Notes under the pieces: model-generated | The model's input: only the letters and a program-made list of their open reading frames with translations | The model's database searches: none | What the model was told of the DNA's origin: nothing | NCBI GenBank assembly: GCA_965372795.1 | Contig: CBDVDR010000009.1 | Span: 2,986 to 66,985, forward strand | From: an uncultured bacterium | Lineage (GTDB): Bacteria; Zixibacteria; MSB-5A5; GN15; FEB-12 | Length of the DNA stretch: 64,000 nt | Direction of reading: 5' to 3' | Program-made: the position numbers and the translations under genes | Shown: piece after piece, positions 29,730 to 40,482 of the stretch | Numbering within the stretch: position 1 is the stretch's first letter | How the letters are laid out: each line of letters starts with the position of its first letter

Positions 29730-31058
29730 TTAATCAGAAACCTTTTCCAGTGGAGGATTATGGTTCCATTTTGAATCGGCTATCATATTTTTTGTGCGTT
29801 CTTCTATTTTATCATCAATATTCATTGCACTTGAGACATTATAAAAATCATCATGATTAATAGGTGAAATCTCTTTCATCTCATCTAAAACCGCAACAAT
29901 CTTTCTAACTGCTTTGTCGATTGTTTCAAGGGTTACCGGTATCTGTTCTGTCAACCTATCCATTTTCCCTTTTTCAAGTAACATTCTCATTATTTGTGAG
30001 CGGCCATAAATAGCCATGGCTGAATTATTGATATAATGAGAAAGGGTTGCCATTGCTATATTTTTAGCTTCAATAGCACCTTTGTCATGTTCTTCCATTA
30101 GCAATTTCCGGCTTAATTCCTGACGTTCATTAAATAGACTTTCAATCGTCAGATAAGTTTTCCAGATTTCCTGATTGGCTTTAATTAACATTTCCTCATG
30201 GTCACCAATATCAACGCCTAAGTACTCACTCATTTTTAAAGAACTACCCATTAAGGTTGATGAGATTTCATCAATGTTGTCCTGGCGAAGGTTTAAGGCT
30301 GTGAATAAACGATCTATTGCGGTCAATCTATCTTCAAGATTCGTATTTTTCCCTGAGAAGTTGTCAGTTGATAATTGAACAGCGAGTTTAACTATATTTC
30401 CAAGAACATTTTTTCTATCAATTGTTAATGCTGAGTGATGTTCAGACACAGACGTGGCTATGTATTCAGGAAGTTTCCAGGTTTTAGCTAAATGCATACC
30501 CACTTCACAATGGTCTATCCCAAATACTTTCTTTTCAGCAACCAGCAGACTTTCATTATGATTACGACCTTTTACAATTTGATAATAGCTGTCGGGATAG
30601 TGATGGATAAAAAACATTATTCCGATATCTGTCAGCAACCCTGCAATTAATGCTTCCTCAGGAGTCGGATAATTAACCATCTTTGCAATTTTTTCACTGG
30701 CAGCCGCTATAGAGATTACATAACTAAAAAAATCTTTTTGATTAATTCCAGATTGCTCACCTATCATTTTAGGATGAAAGATAGATGTTGAAAGGGCAAG
30801 GCATTTAACGGAAGTTACACCAAGATGCTGTACTGCTTGATGAACAGTTTTGATTTCGTTGCGACTAATATATAAAGCAGAATTAGCAACTTTAAGCAAG
30901 TTTCCGGTAAGTGATGGATCTTTTAAGATAATTTTTGCAAGTGAATCTGCAGAGTAATCATCTTTGCCAACTTCGTGTAATATATCTGACAATACCTGAG
31001 GTAATGACAATAATCTTTTGTTACTTCTAATTTCATCAACGATTCTAATCTTGTCCAT
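29730..31058 (-). CDS. HDOD-domain signalling protein with C-terminal HisKA-like helix pair
   Basis: LSLPQV...DPSLTGNLLKVANSA...AGLLTDIG...GIDHCEVG..LAKTWKLP..I..HH; C-terminal ATLSHYINN. Confidence 0.85.
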   Translation of the reverse strand: MDKIRIVDEIRSNKRLLSLPQVLSDILHEVGKDDYSADSLAKIILKDPSLTGNLLKVANSALYISRNEIKTVHQAVQHLGVTSVKCLALSTSIFHPKMIGEQSGINQKDFFSYVISIAAASEKIAKMVNYPTPEEALIAGLLTDIGIMFFIHHYPDSYYQIVKGRNHNESLLVAEKKVFGIDHCEVGMHLAKTWKLPEYIATSVSEHHSALTIDRKNVLGNIVKLAVQLSTDNFSGKNTNLEDRLTAIDRLFTALNLRQDNIDEISSTLMGSSLKMSEYLGVDIGDHEEMLIKANQEIWKTYLTIESLFNERQELSRKLLMEEHDKGAIEAKNIAMATLSHYINNSAMAIYGRSQIMRMLLEKGKMDRLTEQIPVTLETIDKAVRKIVAVLDEMKEISPINHDDFYNVSSAMNIDDKIEERTKNMIADSKWNHNPPLEKVSD

Positions 31059-31131
31059 ATGCTGCCTTTCAATAATCTTATATTATCTATCGACAGCAAA
31101 TAAATATGGCTTAACGGTTTATAATGAGAAT

Positions 31132-34056
31132 TCAGGAAAAAGACCTGTTGGACACGGCTGATTTTATCAGGTCTGTTAGCTGTTCAATTCGAAACGGCTT
31201 GTATAAAACTTTGGTTATACCCGAGGCTTCCAAATCTGCTTCATCAACCTTGACTTCCCAACCGGTTAAAAGAATAATTGGTATTTTTTTATGAATTTGG
31301 ATGATTTTACGGGCTGTTTCAAGCCCTGACATACCAGGCATAGCTAAATCGGTCAAGATCAGATCAAATTTCGTCTCTCCAGCCAATTTTATGCCCTCTT
31401 CGCCCGATAGGGCTGTAGTTATCTCATAACCAAGGGATTGACACATCGCTTTCAAAAGCTCAATTATTACCGGTTGATCATCAATCGCTAATATTTTGAT
31501 TTTATCAGATTGGTGAGAACCGGCAATTTGCTGTGATTTCATTAAAGGAAATTTGAACGACAAATATGAAGGCGACTGACTATATCTGTCATAGGAGTAA
31601 AAGCAGGAATCATCAAGATAGTTCAAAAAAGAATCTGAGGGTCGAAATTTAAGCACTTCCTCAGGAAGAGAATATTTGCCAAATGAGGAGACCTCTTCTA
31701 CCGGAGGGAAATTCTTCCGGTGGCGGGAAATATCAAGGAATAAATAATTATCTTTCTCATAATTATTTATTGTGATAATATCTTCCTCGCTTGCTGTTGA
31801 AGCAAACCGATTAACAGCTTCTTCAAATATTTTTTCAATTTGCTCAGGGCTGAAATCTAAATTACTTTTTGAATCGGATGTTATATTTACTTCTCTCGGA
31901 ACTCCCCCGATCATAAATAAATTATCAGAAATATGAGATCGATTCAAAGTCCGCAGTATTATTGATCCAAATGATTTTTTTTCTTCATCAAGTAACAATT
32001 TTTTTTCTGAAGATATTTGACCAAGTGTCCTTTTCAAAAACCTTGCTGCTGATTCAGCCTCGGTTAGTATTGACCTGAACTGGTTTTTTACTTCGCCGGA
32101 AATATCATCACGGGATTGGGCAAGTTCTGCGTTTCCAATCACTGCCGATAAATGATTATTAAGCTGATTTATAGCCAACCCGAAATCATCAGGTTCTTCT
32201 TTAAAAGATGAGGCTGCTTGTTGATGATATAAAAAGTCAATCGTTAATCCGATTGAATATAGATCAACTGCTAAGGTTATCAAGCGTTCAAGTTCCGGAA
32301 GCTCATCAAGGGTTAAATCATATATGAAAACTTTGACAACGCCGATTACATTGCCTGTTCGGCAAACAGGGCAGGTTGCCATGAAAGATGGTAAACCGCG
32401 TTCTCCAAATAGTTTTAGTATCTTGTCTTTGTTATTTAATTCATATGATTCAAGAGCTTTACCAACCTTGGCTTTCCCCTGTACAAAGGCAGGTCTGACA
32501 GTAGCGGCAGAAATCCCGACCGTTCCCTCACCGGGGTAAATATGTAAATCTGAAATTGCTTCCTGATTATATTTATAACCATCAAACGGCTTGAACGAAC
32601 CATCGGATTGTTTAACAAAGGCGACTACTGAACTTTTTTGAGGTAGAAATCCGGTAAGGTGCTCTATTAAATAGCCGGGATCGCTCTCATATTGTTCAAG
32701 ATCCTTAAAACGCAACAATTGGATGATCTGCTCAAATCCTTTTCGTCTGGTAATATCAAGACGGGTGCTGTCCTGCTGAATCAAAATCAAAATAGCAATC
32801 CTTGAGAACAATTCGAGAAACTGTAACTCATTATCAGCCACTTTGAAAATTGACGATTCCTTTCTCAAAAGGATAGCGTATTTATTATTACCCTTTGCCA
32901 CTGGAAATACTAATGATGATAAAGTTATAAACCTTTGTCCGTCTTCTGTGGTTGATTCCTGATTGATTATAATCGGTTTATTTTTATCAAGCGCATCGAC
33001 TAATGCGGTTTTATAATTTTCTGAAAAACTTAACAGCGGTTCGTTTCCGTCAATAACTTTAAACTGACCGTTAACTATTCCGAAAATATGAACACTTTTA
33101 CTCTCTGCAAAGCCGGTTAATCCCTGACAAAAAGATGATAGTGAATCGCTCTTATCAAGTTTCTGAGTTACTGAAGTAAAGCGACTGAACAGCTCATTTT
33201 GAAGCTGCTTTGTCTTTTCAATCTCTTTAACTGCATTAGCATTTTCTCTGGTTAAACGAGCTGACTTAATTTTTTCTGCAAGCCATTCTGCAACCGGGGC
33301 AAGGTAATTAATATCTGAGCGGCTAAAATGATTAGCATGTTCTGATAAAAGTATAATCCCCCCGATTTTTTCGGTTCCGGAAACAAAAGGTAAAACAAGT
33401 CCCGACTTAAAACGAGACTCAACTTTTTCACCGGTTGTGTCTACAAACTTAAATTCACCCGTTAACATCGGCTCACCCAGATCAACTGTTTGACTAACGA
33501 TATTTCTTTCCAAAGGATAACGCTCTAAATAAACGGTCTCTTTTTGTGTAAACCCGGCTGATGCGGTTAATACAAATTGGCGTCTGACCCGGTTAATTAG
33601 AAAAATTCCTCCTGATGTTTCAGGAAGTTGCGAGATGATCTCTTTAATTGAAATATTTAGAAGCTCTAATAAATGATATGGATCACGGGCATCCCTTTGA
33701 AGATTAGTCAGGATGCTTAGTTTTTGTTTATGGTTTTCTATCTCAGATCGTTTTGTTTGCCAAAAATCGGCATAAAATGACAAACCGACAATAACCAAAA
33801 AGAGTCCCGTCAAAAACAAAACTAACTGGGCAACATCGATATATAAATAGGCTCCTTCAAGAAACCAATCTTGATAAGCTGACAATGATTTTAGTGACTG
33901 CCACAGGGATACGCTAAATAAAATTATTCCGCCGGCTAAAAACACAAATCTACCCGACAGGTCTCTTTCCTTGAAATAACCTAACCTGATTATAAGAAAT
34001 GAAATAGTTATAAGAACTGATAAAGGTAAAATGAGCGAAAATACAAAACTGCTCAT
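31132..34056 (-). CDS. Membrane GAF-domain hybrid sensor with degenerate kinase core and intact receiver domain
   Basis: Three N-terminal TM segments; GAF-like regions; NQLNNHLSAVIGNAEL (His absent); REC motifs AIDDQ, LTDLAMPGMSG, LTG, KPF. Confidence 0.8.
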   Translation of the reverse strand: MSSFVFSLILPLSVLITISFLIIRLGYFKERDLSGRFVFLAGGIILFSVSLWQSLKSLSAYQDWFLEGAYLYIDVAQLVLFLTGLFLVIVGLSFYADFWQTKRSEIENHKQKLSILTNLQRDARDPYHLLELLNISIKEIISQLPETSGGIFLINRVRRQFVLTASAGFTQKETVYLERYPLERNIVSQTVDLGEPMLTGEFKFVDTTGEKVESRFKSGLVLPFVSGTEKIGGIILLSEHANHFSRSDINYLAPVAEWLAEKIKSARLTRENANAVKEIEKTKQLQNELFSRFTSVTQKLDKSDSLSSFCQGLTGFAESKSVHIFGIVNGQFKVIDGNEPLLSFSENYKTALVDALDKNKPIIINQESTTEDGQRFITLSSLVFPVAKGNNKYAILLRKESSIFKVADNELQFLELFSRIAILILIQQDSTRLDITRRKGFEQIIQLLRFKDLEQYESDPGYLIEHLTGFLPQKSSVVAFVKQSDGSFKPFDGYKYNQEAISDLHIYPGEGTVGISAATVRPAFVQGKAKVGKALESYELNNKDKILKLFGERGLPSFMATCPVCRTGNVIGVVKVFIYDLTLDELPELERLITLAVDLYSIGLTIDFLYHQQAASSFKEEPDDFGLAINQLNNHLSAVIGNAELAQSRDDISGEVKNQFRSILTEAESAARFLKRTLGQISSEKKLLLDEEKKSFGSIILRTLNRSHISDNLFMIGGVPREVNITSDSKSNLDFSPEQIEKIFEEAVNRFASTASEEDIITINNYEKDNYLFLDISRHRKNFPPVEEVSSFGKYSLPEEVLKFRPSDSFLNYLDDSCFYSYDRYSQSPSYLSFKFPLMKSQQIAGSHQSDKIKILAIDDQPVIIELLKAMCQSLGYEITTALSGEEGIKLAGETKFDLILTDLAMPGMSGLETARKIIQIHKKIPIILLTGWEVKVDEADLEASGITKVLYKPFRIEQLTDLIKSAVSNRSFS

Positions 34057-35378
34057 TAATTTATCTCCTCAAGTTCTCCATGAAGGGTAAAGGCATCAGT
34101 TGCGGTTACTCTGATAGGTAAAATCGTACCCGGTTTTATATCTCTGCCAACCTTGAAAATAACGGTCTTATTTCCTTCAGTACGGGCACGAAGCTGTTCG
34201 TTACTTTTCCTTGAGTAGCCTTCGACCATGCTTGGTTGGACCCGGTTCAGTTCCCTCAAGTTTTGTTCGTAGCTGATTCCCTGTTGAAGTTTGATCAATT
34301 TGTTTAATCTTCTAATTTTATCTTTTTCAGGAACATCATCTTCAAACTTAGCCGCCGTAGTACCGGGGCGAACCGAATATCGAAACATGAAAGCAGTATC
34401 GTAACGTGCTTTTTTTACAGCTTCAAGAGTTTCCTCATATTCTTTTTCTGTTTCAGTAGGAAATCCTACAATCAAATCAGTCGTTAGTGAAACATAATCC
34501 AGTTTCTTTCGAATATACTCAACAATACTCATATAATGTTCAATCGTATAAATCCTGCCCATCTTTTGAAGGACTCTGTTATTCCCCGACTGAATCGGTA
34601 AATGAATGTGTCTCATCAACCGTGGTTCCTCAGCCATAACATCGACCAGCTCTCTTGAAAGGTCTTTAGGATGGGAAGTCATAAATCTCAATCTGGGAAT
34701 TCCGGTTTCACTTGCTACTCTTTTGAGTAGCGTTGGAAAATCGACATCATTATACCGATAACTATTTACATTCTGCCCTAGCAGAGTTACCTCGACGACC
34801 CCTTCATCAACCATCTTTTTGACAGAATCAACAATATAGTCATCCGAATGACCGACTTCTTTCCCTCTTACATACGGCACTATACAGTAGGTACAAAAAT
34901 TGTTGCATCCCCTTGAAATCGTAATAAACCCTGAATAAGGTGTTTCTTTAGTCGGCGCAATCATATCGAGGTTTTCATGTCCAAACGCGGTCATGACTTC
35001 TGAGGTGCCTTCTATCCCCTCGAGAACATCCGGCAATTCAAATAATCTATCTGTACCCAGAACAAAGTCAACATGAGGAACCCGTTCGATTATTTTATCT
35101 GCAAGTCTTTGAGCCATACACCCAACCACAGCAACTTTAAGATGGGGTTTCCTGCGTTTATATTTATATATTTCACCTAACCGGCCAAACACTCTGTCTT
35201 CTGCTTTTTCACGAACGGAACAGGTATTGAAAATCAGCAAATCGGCTTCCTGCTCGGTCGAAACTCTCCGATATCCTCTGGTTACCATTGTAGATGCAAG
35301 CGTAGATGAATCAGCGAGATTCATTTGGCAGCCATAGGTTGATATATGAAATGTTTTAACTTTCTTCTCTTGACGCAC
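34056..35378 (-). CDS. miaB: tRNA-2-methylthio-N6-dimethylallyladenosine synthase
   Basis: TYGCQMN, NTCSVREKAE, GCMAQ, radical-SAM CNNFCTYC, LLGQNVNSY, TSHPKD, C-terminal TRAM; TAATG overlap with next gene. Confidence 0.96.
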   Translation of the reverse strand: MRQEKKVKTFHISTYGCQMNLADSSTLASTMVTRGYRRVSTEQEADLLIFNTCSVREKAEDRVFGRLGEIYKYKRRKPHLKVAVVGCMAQRLADKIIERVPHVDFVLGTDRLFELPDVLEGIEGTSEVMTAFGHENLDMIAPTKETPYSGFITISRGCNNFCTYCIVPYVRGKEVGHSDDYIVDSVKKMVDEGVVEVTLLGQNVNSYRYNDVDFPTLLKRVASETGIPRLRFMTSHPKDLSRELVDVMAEEPRLMRHIHLPIQSGNNRVLQKMGRIYTIEHYMSIVEYIRKKLDYVSLTTDLIVGFPTETEKEYEETLEAVKKARYDTAFMFRYSVRPGTTAAKFEDDVPEKDKIRRLNKLIKLQQGISYEQNLRELNRVQPSMVEGYSRKSNEQLRARTEGNKTVIFKVGRDIKPGTILPIRVTATDAFTLHGELEEIN

Positions 35379-35462
35379 TGTTTACCTCTTTGGTATGTAC
35401 ATACGGTAAAATCTCATGAAAATGATAAGATTTTTTCCGAAAAATGCAATAAAAACTTAAAC

Positions 35463-35495
35463 AAAAAAAACAGCCCAAAAGTTTGGGCTGTTTTA
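35463..35495 (-). terminator. Intrinsic terminator after the M1 peptidase gene
   Basis: AAAACAGCCCAAA-AG-TTTGGGCTGTTTT with A-tract (T-tract on minus strand). Confidence 0.8.
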
Positions 35496-35515
35496 AATTT
35501 TAAAAAAATTATACT

Positions 35516-37756
35516 CTATTTTGCGCATCCGACTTGTGGCGGTGGACCATTATTGAAAAGATAATCAACAAGGGCTGTCAAATCAGAAATATTGATCTCA
35601 CACGATCCGTCAATATCCGCCAGATGAAGCACCGGAGGTTCTGCCCCATGATTGAACAAGTACTCAACTAAAGTGGTCAAATCTGAGATATTGATTTCTC
35701 CGCTGATATCAATATCACCCGGTATTCCAATATATTCACTAAAGCTGATTGTATAAGTAGCATCATCAATTTTAGAAGTACCCATTTCGGTCACTCTGAC
35801 TGTAAATGTAAATGAACCGGTTTCAGTAGATGCTCCTGTTAGAGTACCGTTTGAATTAAAAGTAATCCCATCAGGAAGGTTTCCATTTCTAAATGAATAA
35901 ATAAACCCGGAGCCATAACCGCGAGCATCAATAGTATCCGCATAATTTTCAAATTGAACCCCATCAGATAAATCTTCATCGTACGTAATTATATGAACCC
36001 CCCAGGATTCGGTACTGACGGTTCGTAAGACCCACTCATTGGGATCAAAATCAATTGATAAAACCTCTGGAGATACATTTAGTTTTATCAGCTGTTCTCT
36101 CTGATTTATCTCAACAGTCATGGTGTCGTTGGTTCCGCCAAGATAATTAAAGCTCAAATCAACCGGCATTGTAAAAACCAGCGGTTGAGAAGTTTGATAC
36201 TGCCTGACATATAGATAAATATCAAAACCGGAGTCTTCAGATGGTTCCTGCCAATAAGAATAGCTGTACTTAGGGTAATACGTTCCATATATCCATTCTT
36301 CAAAAAACCAGTCAAGCTCGACTCCTGATACATTTTCAAATATATCTCGGAATTGTTCTGTGGTTGCTGATTTATAACGATATTCAGAATTATAATACGC
36401 CTCAACACCCTGGAAAAATAATTCATCGCCAAGCACGCCGCGAAGCATATGCACCACCCAGGCACCTTTATCATAAACAATTGATCCAAAGATATTCCAA
36501 ACATTGGTTGTGTCGGCAATATAAATACTCCCGCCGTTAGTAAATCTCATTTGCCCCATATAATCATGATATGCCGGCCAGCCTCCCAAACCTTCCTCAT
36601 AAATAGCTTCAGCATAAGAAGCCCAGCCTTCATTGAGCCAGATATGACCCCACGAATCACAGGTTATCATATCACCCCACCATTGGTGAGCAGCTTCATG
36701 AACAACTACCGGTGTAGAAAAACCGAACGATCCGCCGGACATTGAAGTAATAGTCTGGTGCTCCATGCCTCCGCCCCATTCAAAATTGGCATGACCATAT
36801 TTTTCATCAGGATAAGGATACATTCCAAAGGCATCAGATAAAATTGTCAAAATCTGAGGGGTCAATCCATAACGGGATAACGAATAAACATATCTGTCAG
36901 GATAAACAGCATGCACTAATAGCATAGTATCCAAACCGTCATTATAAACCCATTCATCATTCCATACAGTATAATTTGATATAGCCACTGAGAATAAATA
37001 AGTCGTAATAGGATATCTCACCCGGTAATAAAAGGTCTGGGCATTGGCCCCAAATTGGACCGTAGAATCTAAGGTACCGTTTGATGCACAGTATAAAGAT
37101 GTATCAACCGTAATTGCTATATTCATTGAATCCGGTTTATCGTCCATCCGGTCTTTACAGGGCCACCAGGTTCTCGCAAAATATGGCTCTGAAAGTGAAG
37201 AAATGGCTCGCTTTCCCAAACGCCAATCAAAACTAAACGCCTGAAACCCGCCTTCGGTTGGATGACCATAATAATAAAATTCAAATTCAAATTGTTCGCC
37301 GGTATTATAAATTTGATCAAGGGTCACGGTTACAACATTACCCGATCTGGTATATGAAAGATTGCCGGAAGGTGCAACTATGGAGTCGATTGACATATTG
37401 TAATAATAATCAACTTGTATGACATTGACTCCATCCTCGGCAGCCTCGGCAACAAATTTTACTACTCCGTAGAGCACTTCGTTTGTGTCGTTAACTCTGA
37501 TATTAACATCATAGAATAAGACATCATAGTTTAACTGGGTGTTAAGTAACTTTTCCTCAGCTGCTAATTGGCGGTAAACAGCTGCTTGTTTATAAGCCTG
37601 GGATTTCATTTCCCACATTTTTTTATGAATCTCTGACGGGGATTGATTATCCCAATCAATATCTTCATCAAGGTCTAAAGCAAATGTTGGCATTGTGAAG
37701 ATTAAAGTGAGGATTGTAAGGCAAAAAAAGGTGCGAATCTTGTTACCGCCTGTCAT
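35516..37756 (-). CDS. Secreted M1-family aminopeptidase with Ig-like domain and C-terminal dockerin-like domain
   Basis: GGMEH, HEAAHQWWGD...WLNEGWA, YDKGAWVVHMLR; GNLPDGITF..GTLTG Ig repeat; duplicated DID..EINISDLT dockerin. Confidence 0.9.
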   Translation of the reverse strand: MTGGNKIRTFFCLTILTLIFTMPTFALDLDEDIDWDNQSPSEIHKKMWEMKSQAYKQAAVYRQLAAEEKLLNTQLNYDVLFYDVNIRVNDTNEVLYGVVKFVAEAAEDGVNVIQVDYYYNMSIDSIVAPSGNLSYTRSGNVVTVTLDQIYNTGEQFEFEFYYYGHPTEGGFQAFSFDWRLGKRAISSLSEPYFARTWWPCKDRMDDKPDSMNIAITVDTSLYCASNGTLDSTVQFGANAQTFYYRVRYPITTYLFSVAISNYTVWNDEWVYNDGLDTMLLVHAVYPDRYVYSLSRYGLTPQILTILSDAFGMYPYPDEKYGHANFEWGGGMEHQTITSMSGGSFGFSTPVVVHEAAHQWWGDMITCDSWGHIWLNEGWASYAEAIYEEGLGGWPAYHDYMGQMRFTNGGSIYIADTTNVWNIFGSIVYDKGAWVVHMLRGVLGDELFFQGVEAYYNSEYRYKSATTEQFRDIFENVSGVELDWFFEEWIYGTYYPKYSYSYWQEPSEDSGFDIYLYVRQYQTSQPLVFTMPVDLSFNYLGGTNDTMTVEINQREQLIKLNVSPEVLSIDFDPNEWVLRTVSTESWGVHIITYDEDLSDGVQFENYADTIDARGYGSGFIYSFRNGNLPDGITFNSNGTLTGASTETGSFTFTVRVTEMGTSKIDDATYTISFSEYIGIPGDIDISGEINISDLTTLVEYLFNHGAEPPVLHLADIDGSCEINISDLTALVDYLFNNGPPPQVGCAK

Positions 37757-37949
37757 AAAAACATCCCTTTGGTTGTATACCTGCAATCGTGTTGCACGGC
37801 AGTAGTTTAGAAAAACAAGGTGCTGTTGTCTTTTTATAAGTTATTATATTTTACAAAATTGTCAAGAAAATTGAAATACCCATAAAAAAGCGTTTCATAA
37901 TTTTAATTATAAAACGCTTTATTCGAAGATATGTTTAGTCTTTGTTTAT

Positions 37950-40274
37950 TTAATAAGGATTCCCGCAAGGCAGCGGTCCTTTGTTAAATAAATATGAGAC
38001 AAAAATTGTTAAATCAGAAATATTAATTGTAAAATCACAATTCATATCACCCACTATTCGTTCTGGTTCCGGTTCGGCTCCCTTATTGAAAATATATTCA
38101 ACCAGCTTTACAAGATCAGTTACATTAATTTCGGCATTGTAATCCCAGTCACCATGGAATCTCCACACTTTGAGAAGCATCGCAACCTTTTGAGGAGAAT
38201 TAACTGCATCTTCAGATGTCACCGTAAAGGAGTCAGGATAAATCCCAAAAACCATCCCGGTCGCATCAACATTAAAAGCTGAAATTCCTTGCACCTCGCC
38301 TGAGATAACACTTGGATTAAACCACGAGACCGATTCATTTAGTTCCCAGGCTAAACATCCGCCGTATTTATTGTTTATTGTGATTCCAAAAGCTAATCCG
38401 GGAACAGAGTTTTCCTGCACCGGAATTACATAACTGGGGTTTGAAATCACAAGTTCCGGCGGTTGATCCCCTGCAATAACATTATATTTTACAATCATAG
38501 TATCTGTTTTATTTATTGAGGTTGAGGCGTTTACTACTATTGTATCAAAATATAATCCGACCGGTAACCCAAGTAAGTTAGCTGTGGCTATAACATACAA
38601 TGGTGCCTCTCCACCAGCTTGGTTCAAATCAAAATAGATTGATTCATACTCAAGATCAAAAAAGAGCGGATCGTCTCCTCCCGAATTTTGTATCAGGAAA
38701 TTTGAGGTCGGAGGTTCGATACCCGCACCCATTGTACATTCATATACTGTGATTGAAAGAGTATCCTGCAAAATATTTATTTCAGCAGGAGTATTTGTAA
38801 AGTGCATATGAAAGACTACCGGTTGGGGCGAGTTGATCGCTTCGTTCGAATAAACCCAAACCGTATCCATGAAATCATCGCCGTCACTCCCGGCTACAAC
38901 TTTAAACCCTACCTCAACCTCATCAGGCACAGTACCACTGGTAGGAGTCAGAGTCAAAATTCGCGGTGAATCCTCTTCTACCCAATACGACATCGACCCG
39001 GCGCCACCATTTGAAATACTGAAAGTCCAGGGAGGAATAGAACTTGTCGGTGTTGGGATATTGACATAATTAAACTGGTCGTGGACTTCAATAATAGGGA
39101 GATCGGAACCAATCCCCAAATAGACGGGAATCGAAACTGGACTGTTGGAAGCACTTGGATCAGTAATAACGATCATATCAAAATAATTATCGAATGCTAA
39201 TCCGGTTATATCAACCGTTAATGTAATAACCTCTGCTTCTGTTCCGGAAACAGGGCTTAAATTTAACCAGGGTTCAGAATTGGAAATTATCCAATTTAAA
39301 GTCTGCCCGCCGCTGTTTAAAATTGTAAAAGTCTTACTGGCCGGATTACTGCCACCTGCTACAGCATTAAAATAAAATTCAGTTTCACTGACTTCAATTA
39401 CCGGCGGTGGAGCTTCAATATTAACGGTCACCTTTACTTCCTGAGGTGAATTATCCGCATCACCTGAAACGACTAAGATCGTTTCACTATAATTACCGGC
39501 AGCTAATCCTGAAATATCAATCAAAGCATTTATTGATTTTGGCGTTGTACCTTGATCTGGTGAAAGAATCAACCAACCTGAATTTTCAAACAGATCAAAA
39601 TTAAGAGGTCCGCCATCGGAGCTGACAGTAAAGTTTTGAGATACCGGATTTGAGCCGCCTTCCAATGCCGAAAAATGAATTGAATCGGTTGATACAATCA
39701 AATTTGAAGTTGTCGGGGCTGTCGGATCAAAAATCGTATAACAGAATGGTCCGCCCCAATCGGGAAACTTATCCCCCTCAGGAGTTGACCAGGTCCATTG
39801 GCTAATCGGAGGATAGAAAGTTGAATCGATACAAATATCCCCCTGATGATATGAAGCATCAATAGGACCAACTGTAATCGTATAGGTTATTTCATTAAAT
39901 CCATCAGGGATACCTGTGGCAAACAAACGGAAACCTGCAAACCCAATCGTATCAGCCCCCATGCCATCTAAACTAAACTCATTAACAAAAACTTGTTCGA
40001 ACATTGAGGGTGTAATAGTTCCGGTTAGTGCCGGAACCGTTTGAGCCCATTGAGCATCCGAATTAGAATAAATCCTAAAACCGTTGCTGTGCCCCGTCAC
40101 ATTGACACCGGAATTATTATTGGTTCTTATATAAAATGTTATCGGCGTGTTGATATTTAAGGTATCAGTATTCCATAACCCATCAACATGATCAATTGTG
40201 TAAACACCCTGCCCCTGTCCAAAAGCTGCTAATGGTAGAACTGCTATAAGTAAGAACCAGCAAAATCTTTTCAT
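37950..40274 (-). CDS. Secreted multi-domain protein: N-terminal beta-sandwich (cohesin-like?), several BACON-like Ig repeats, C-terminal dockerin-like domain
   Basis: GGAGG RBS before MKRF; repeated W/L..SP..GT and NSPQ motifs typical of BACON-like domains; GDWDYNAEINVTDL / GDMNCDFTINISDL tail. Confidence 0.75.
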   Translation of the reverse strand: MKRFCWFLLIAVLPLAAFGQGQGVYTIDHVDGLWNTDTLNINTPITFYIRTNNNSGVNVTGHSNGFRIYSNSDAQWAQTVPALTGTITPSMFEQVFVNEFSLDGMGADTIGFAGFRLFATGIPDGFNEITYTITVGPIDASYHQGDICIDSTFYPPISQWTWSTPEGDKFPDWGGPFCYTIFDPTAPTTSNLIVSTDSIHFSALEGGSNPVSQNFTVSSDGGPLNFDLFENSGWLILSPDQGTTPKSINALIDISGLAAGNYSETILVVSGDADNSPQEVKVTVNIEAPPPVIEVSETEFYFNAVAGGSNPASKTFTILNSGGQTLNWIISNSEPWLNLSPVSGTEAEVITLTVDITGLAFDNYFDMIVITDPSASNSPVSIPVYLGIGSDLPIIEVHDQFNYVNIPTPTSSIPPWTFSISNGGAGSMSYWVEEDSPRILTLTPTSGTVPDEVEVGFKVVAGSDGDDFMDTVWVYSNEAINSPQPVVFHMHFTNTPAEINILQDTLSITVYECTMGAGIEPPTSNFLIQNSGGDDPLFFDLEYESIYFDLNQAGGEAPLYVIATANLLGLPVGLYFDTIVVNASTSINKTDTMIVKYNVIAGDQPPELVISNPSYVIPVQENSVPGLAFGITINNKYGGCLAWELNESVSWFNPSVISGEVQGISAFNVDATGMVFGIYPDSFTVTSEDAVNSPQKVAMLLKVWRFHGDWDYNAEINVTDLVKLVEYIFNKGAEPEPERIVGDMNCDFTINISDLTIFVSYLFNKGPLPCGNPY

Positions 40275-40482
40275 CGAAGCCTCCATGCGATAAGAATAAG
40301 CTATTACTTCAATTTAAGACGCAAATACTCCGACAAACAAAAGATGTAAGAAAATTTTTTTTATAATTAAGTAAAACAGATCATATAGTATGATTCGAAA
40401 AGTATTTATCGTCCTTTTTCTTTAAAATACTAATCTTTTATCAATTTTGTCAAGGGAAAAAGAATGGACAAATTGAATCAAT

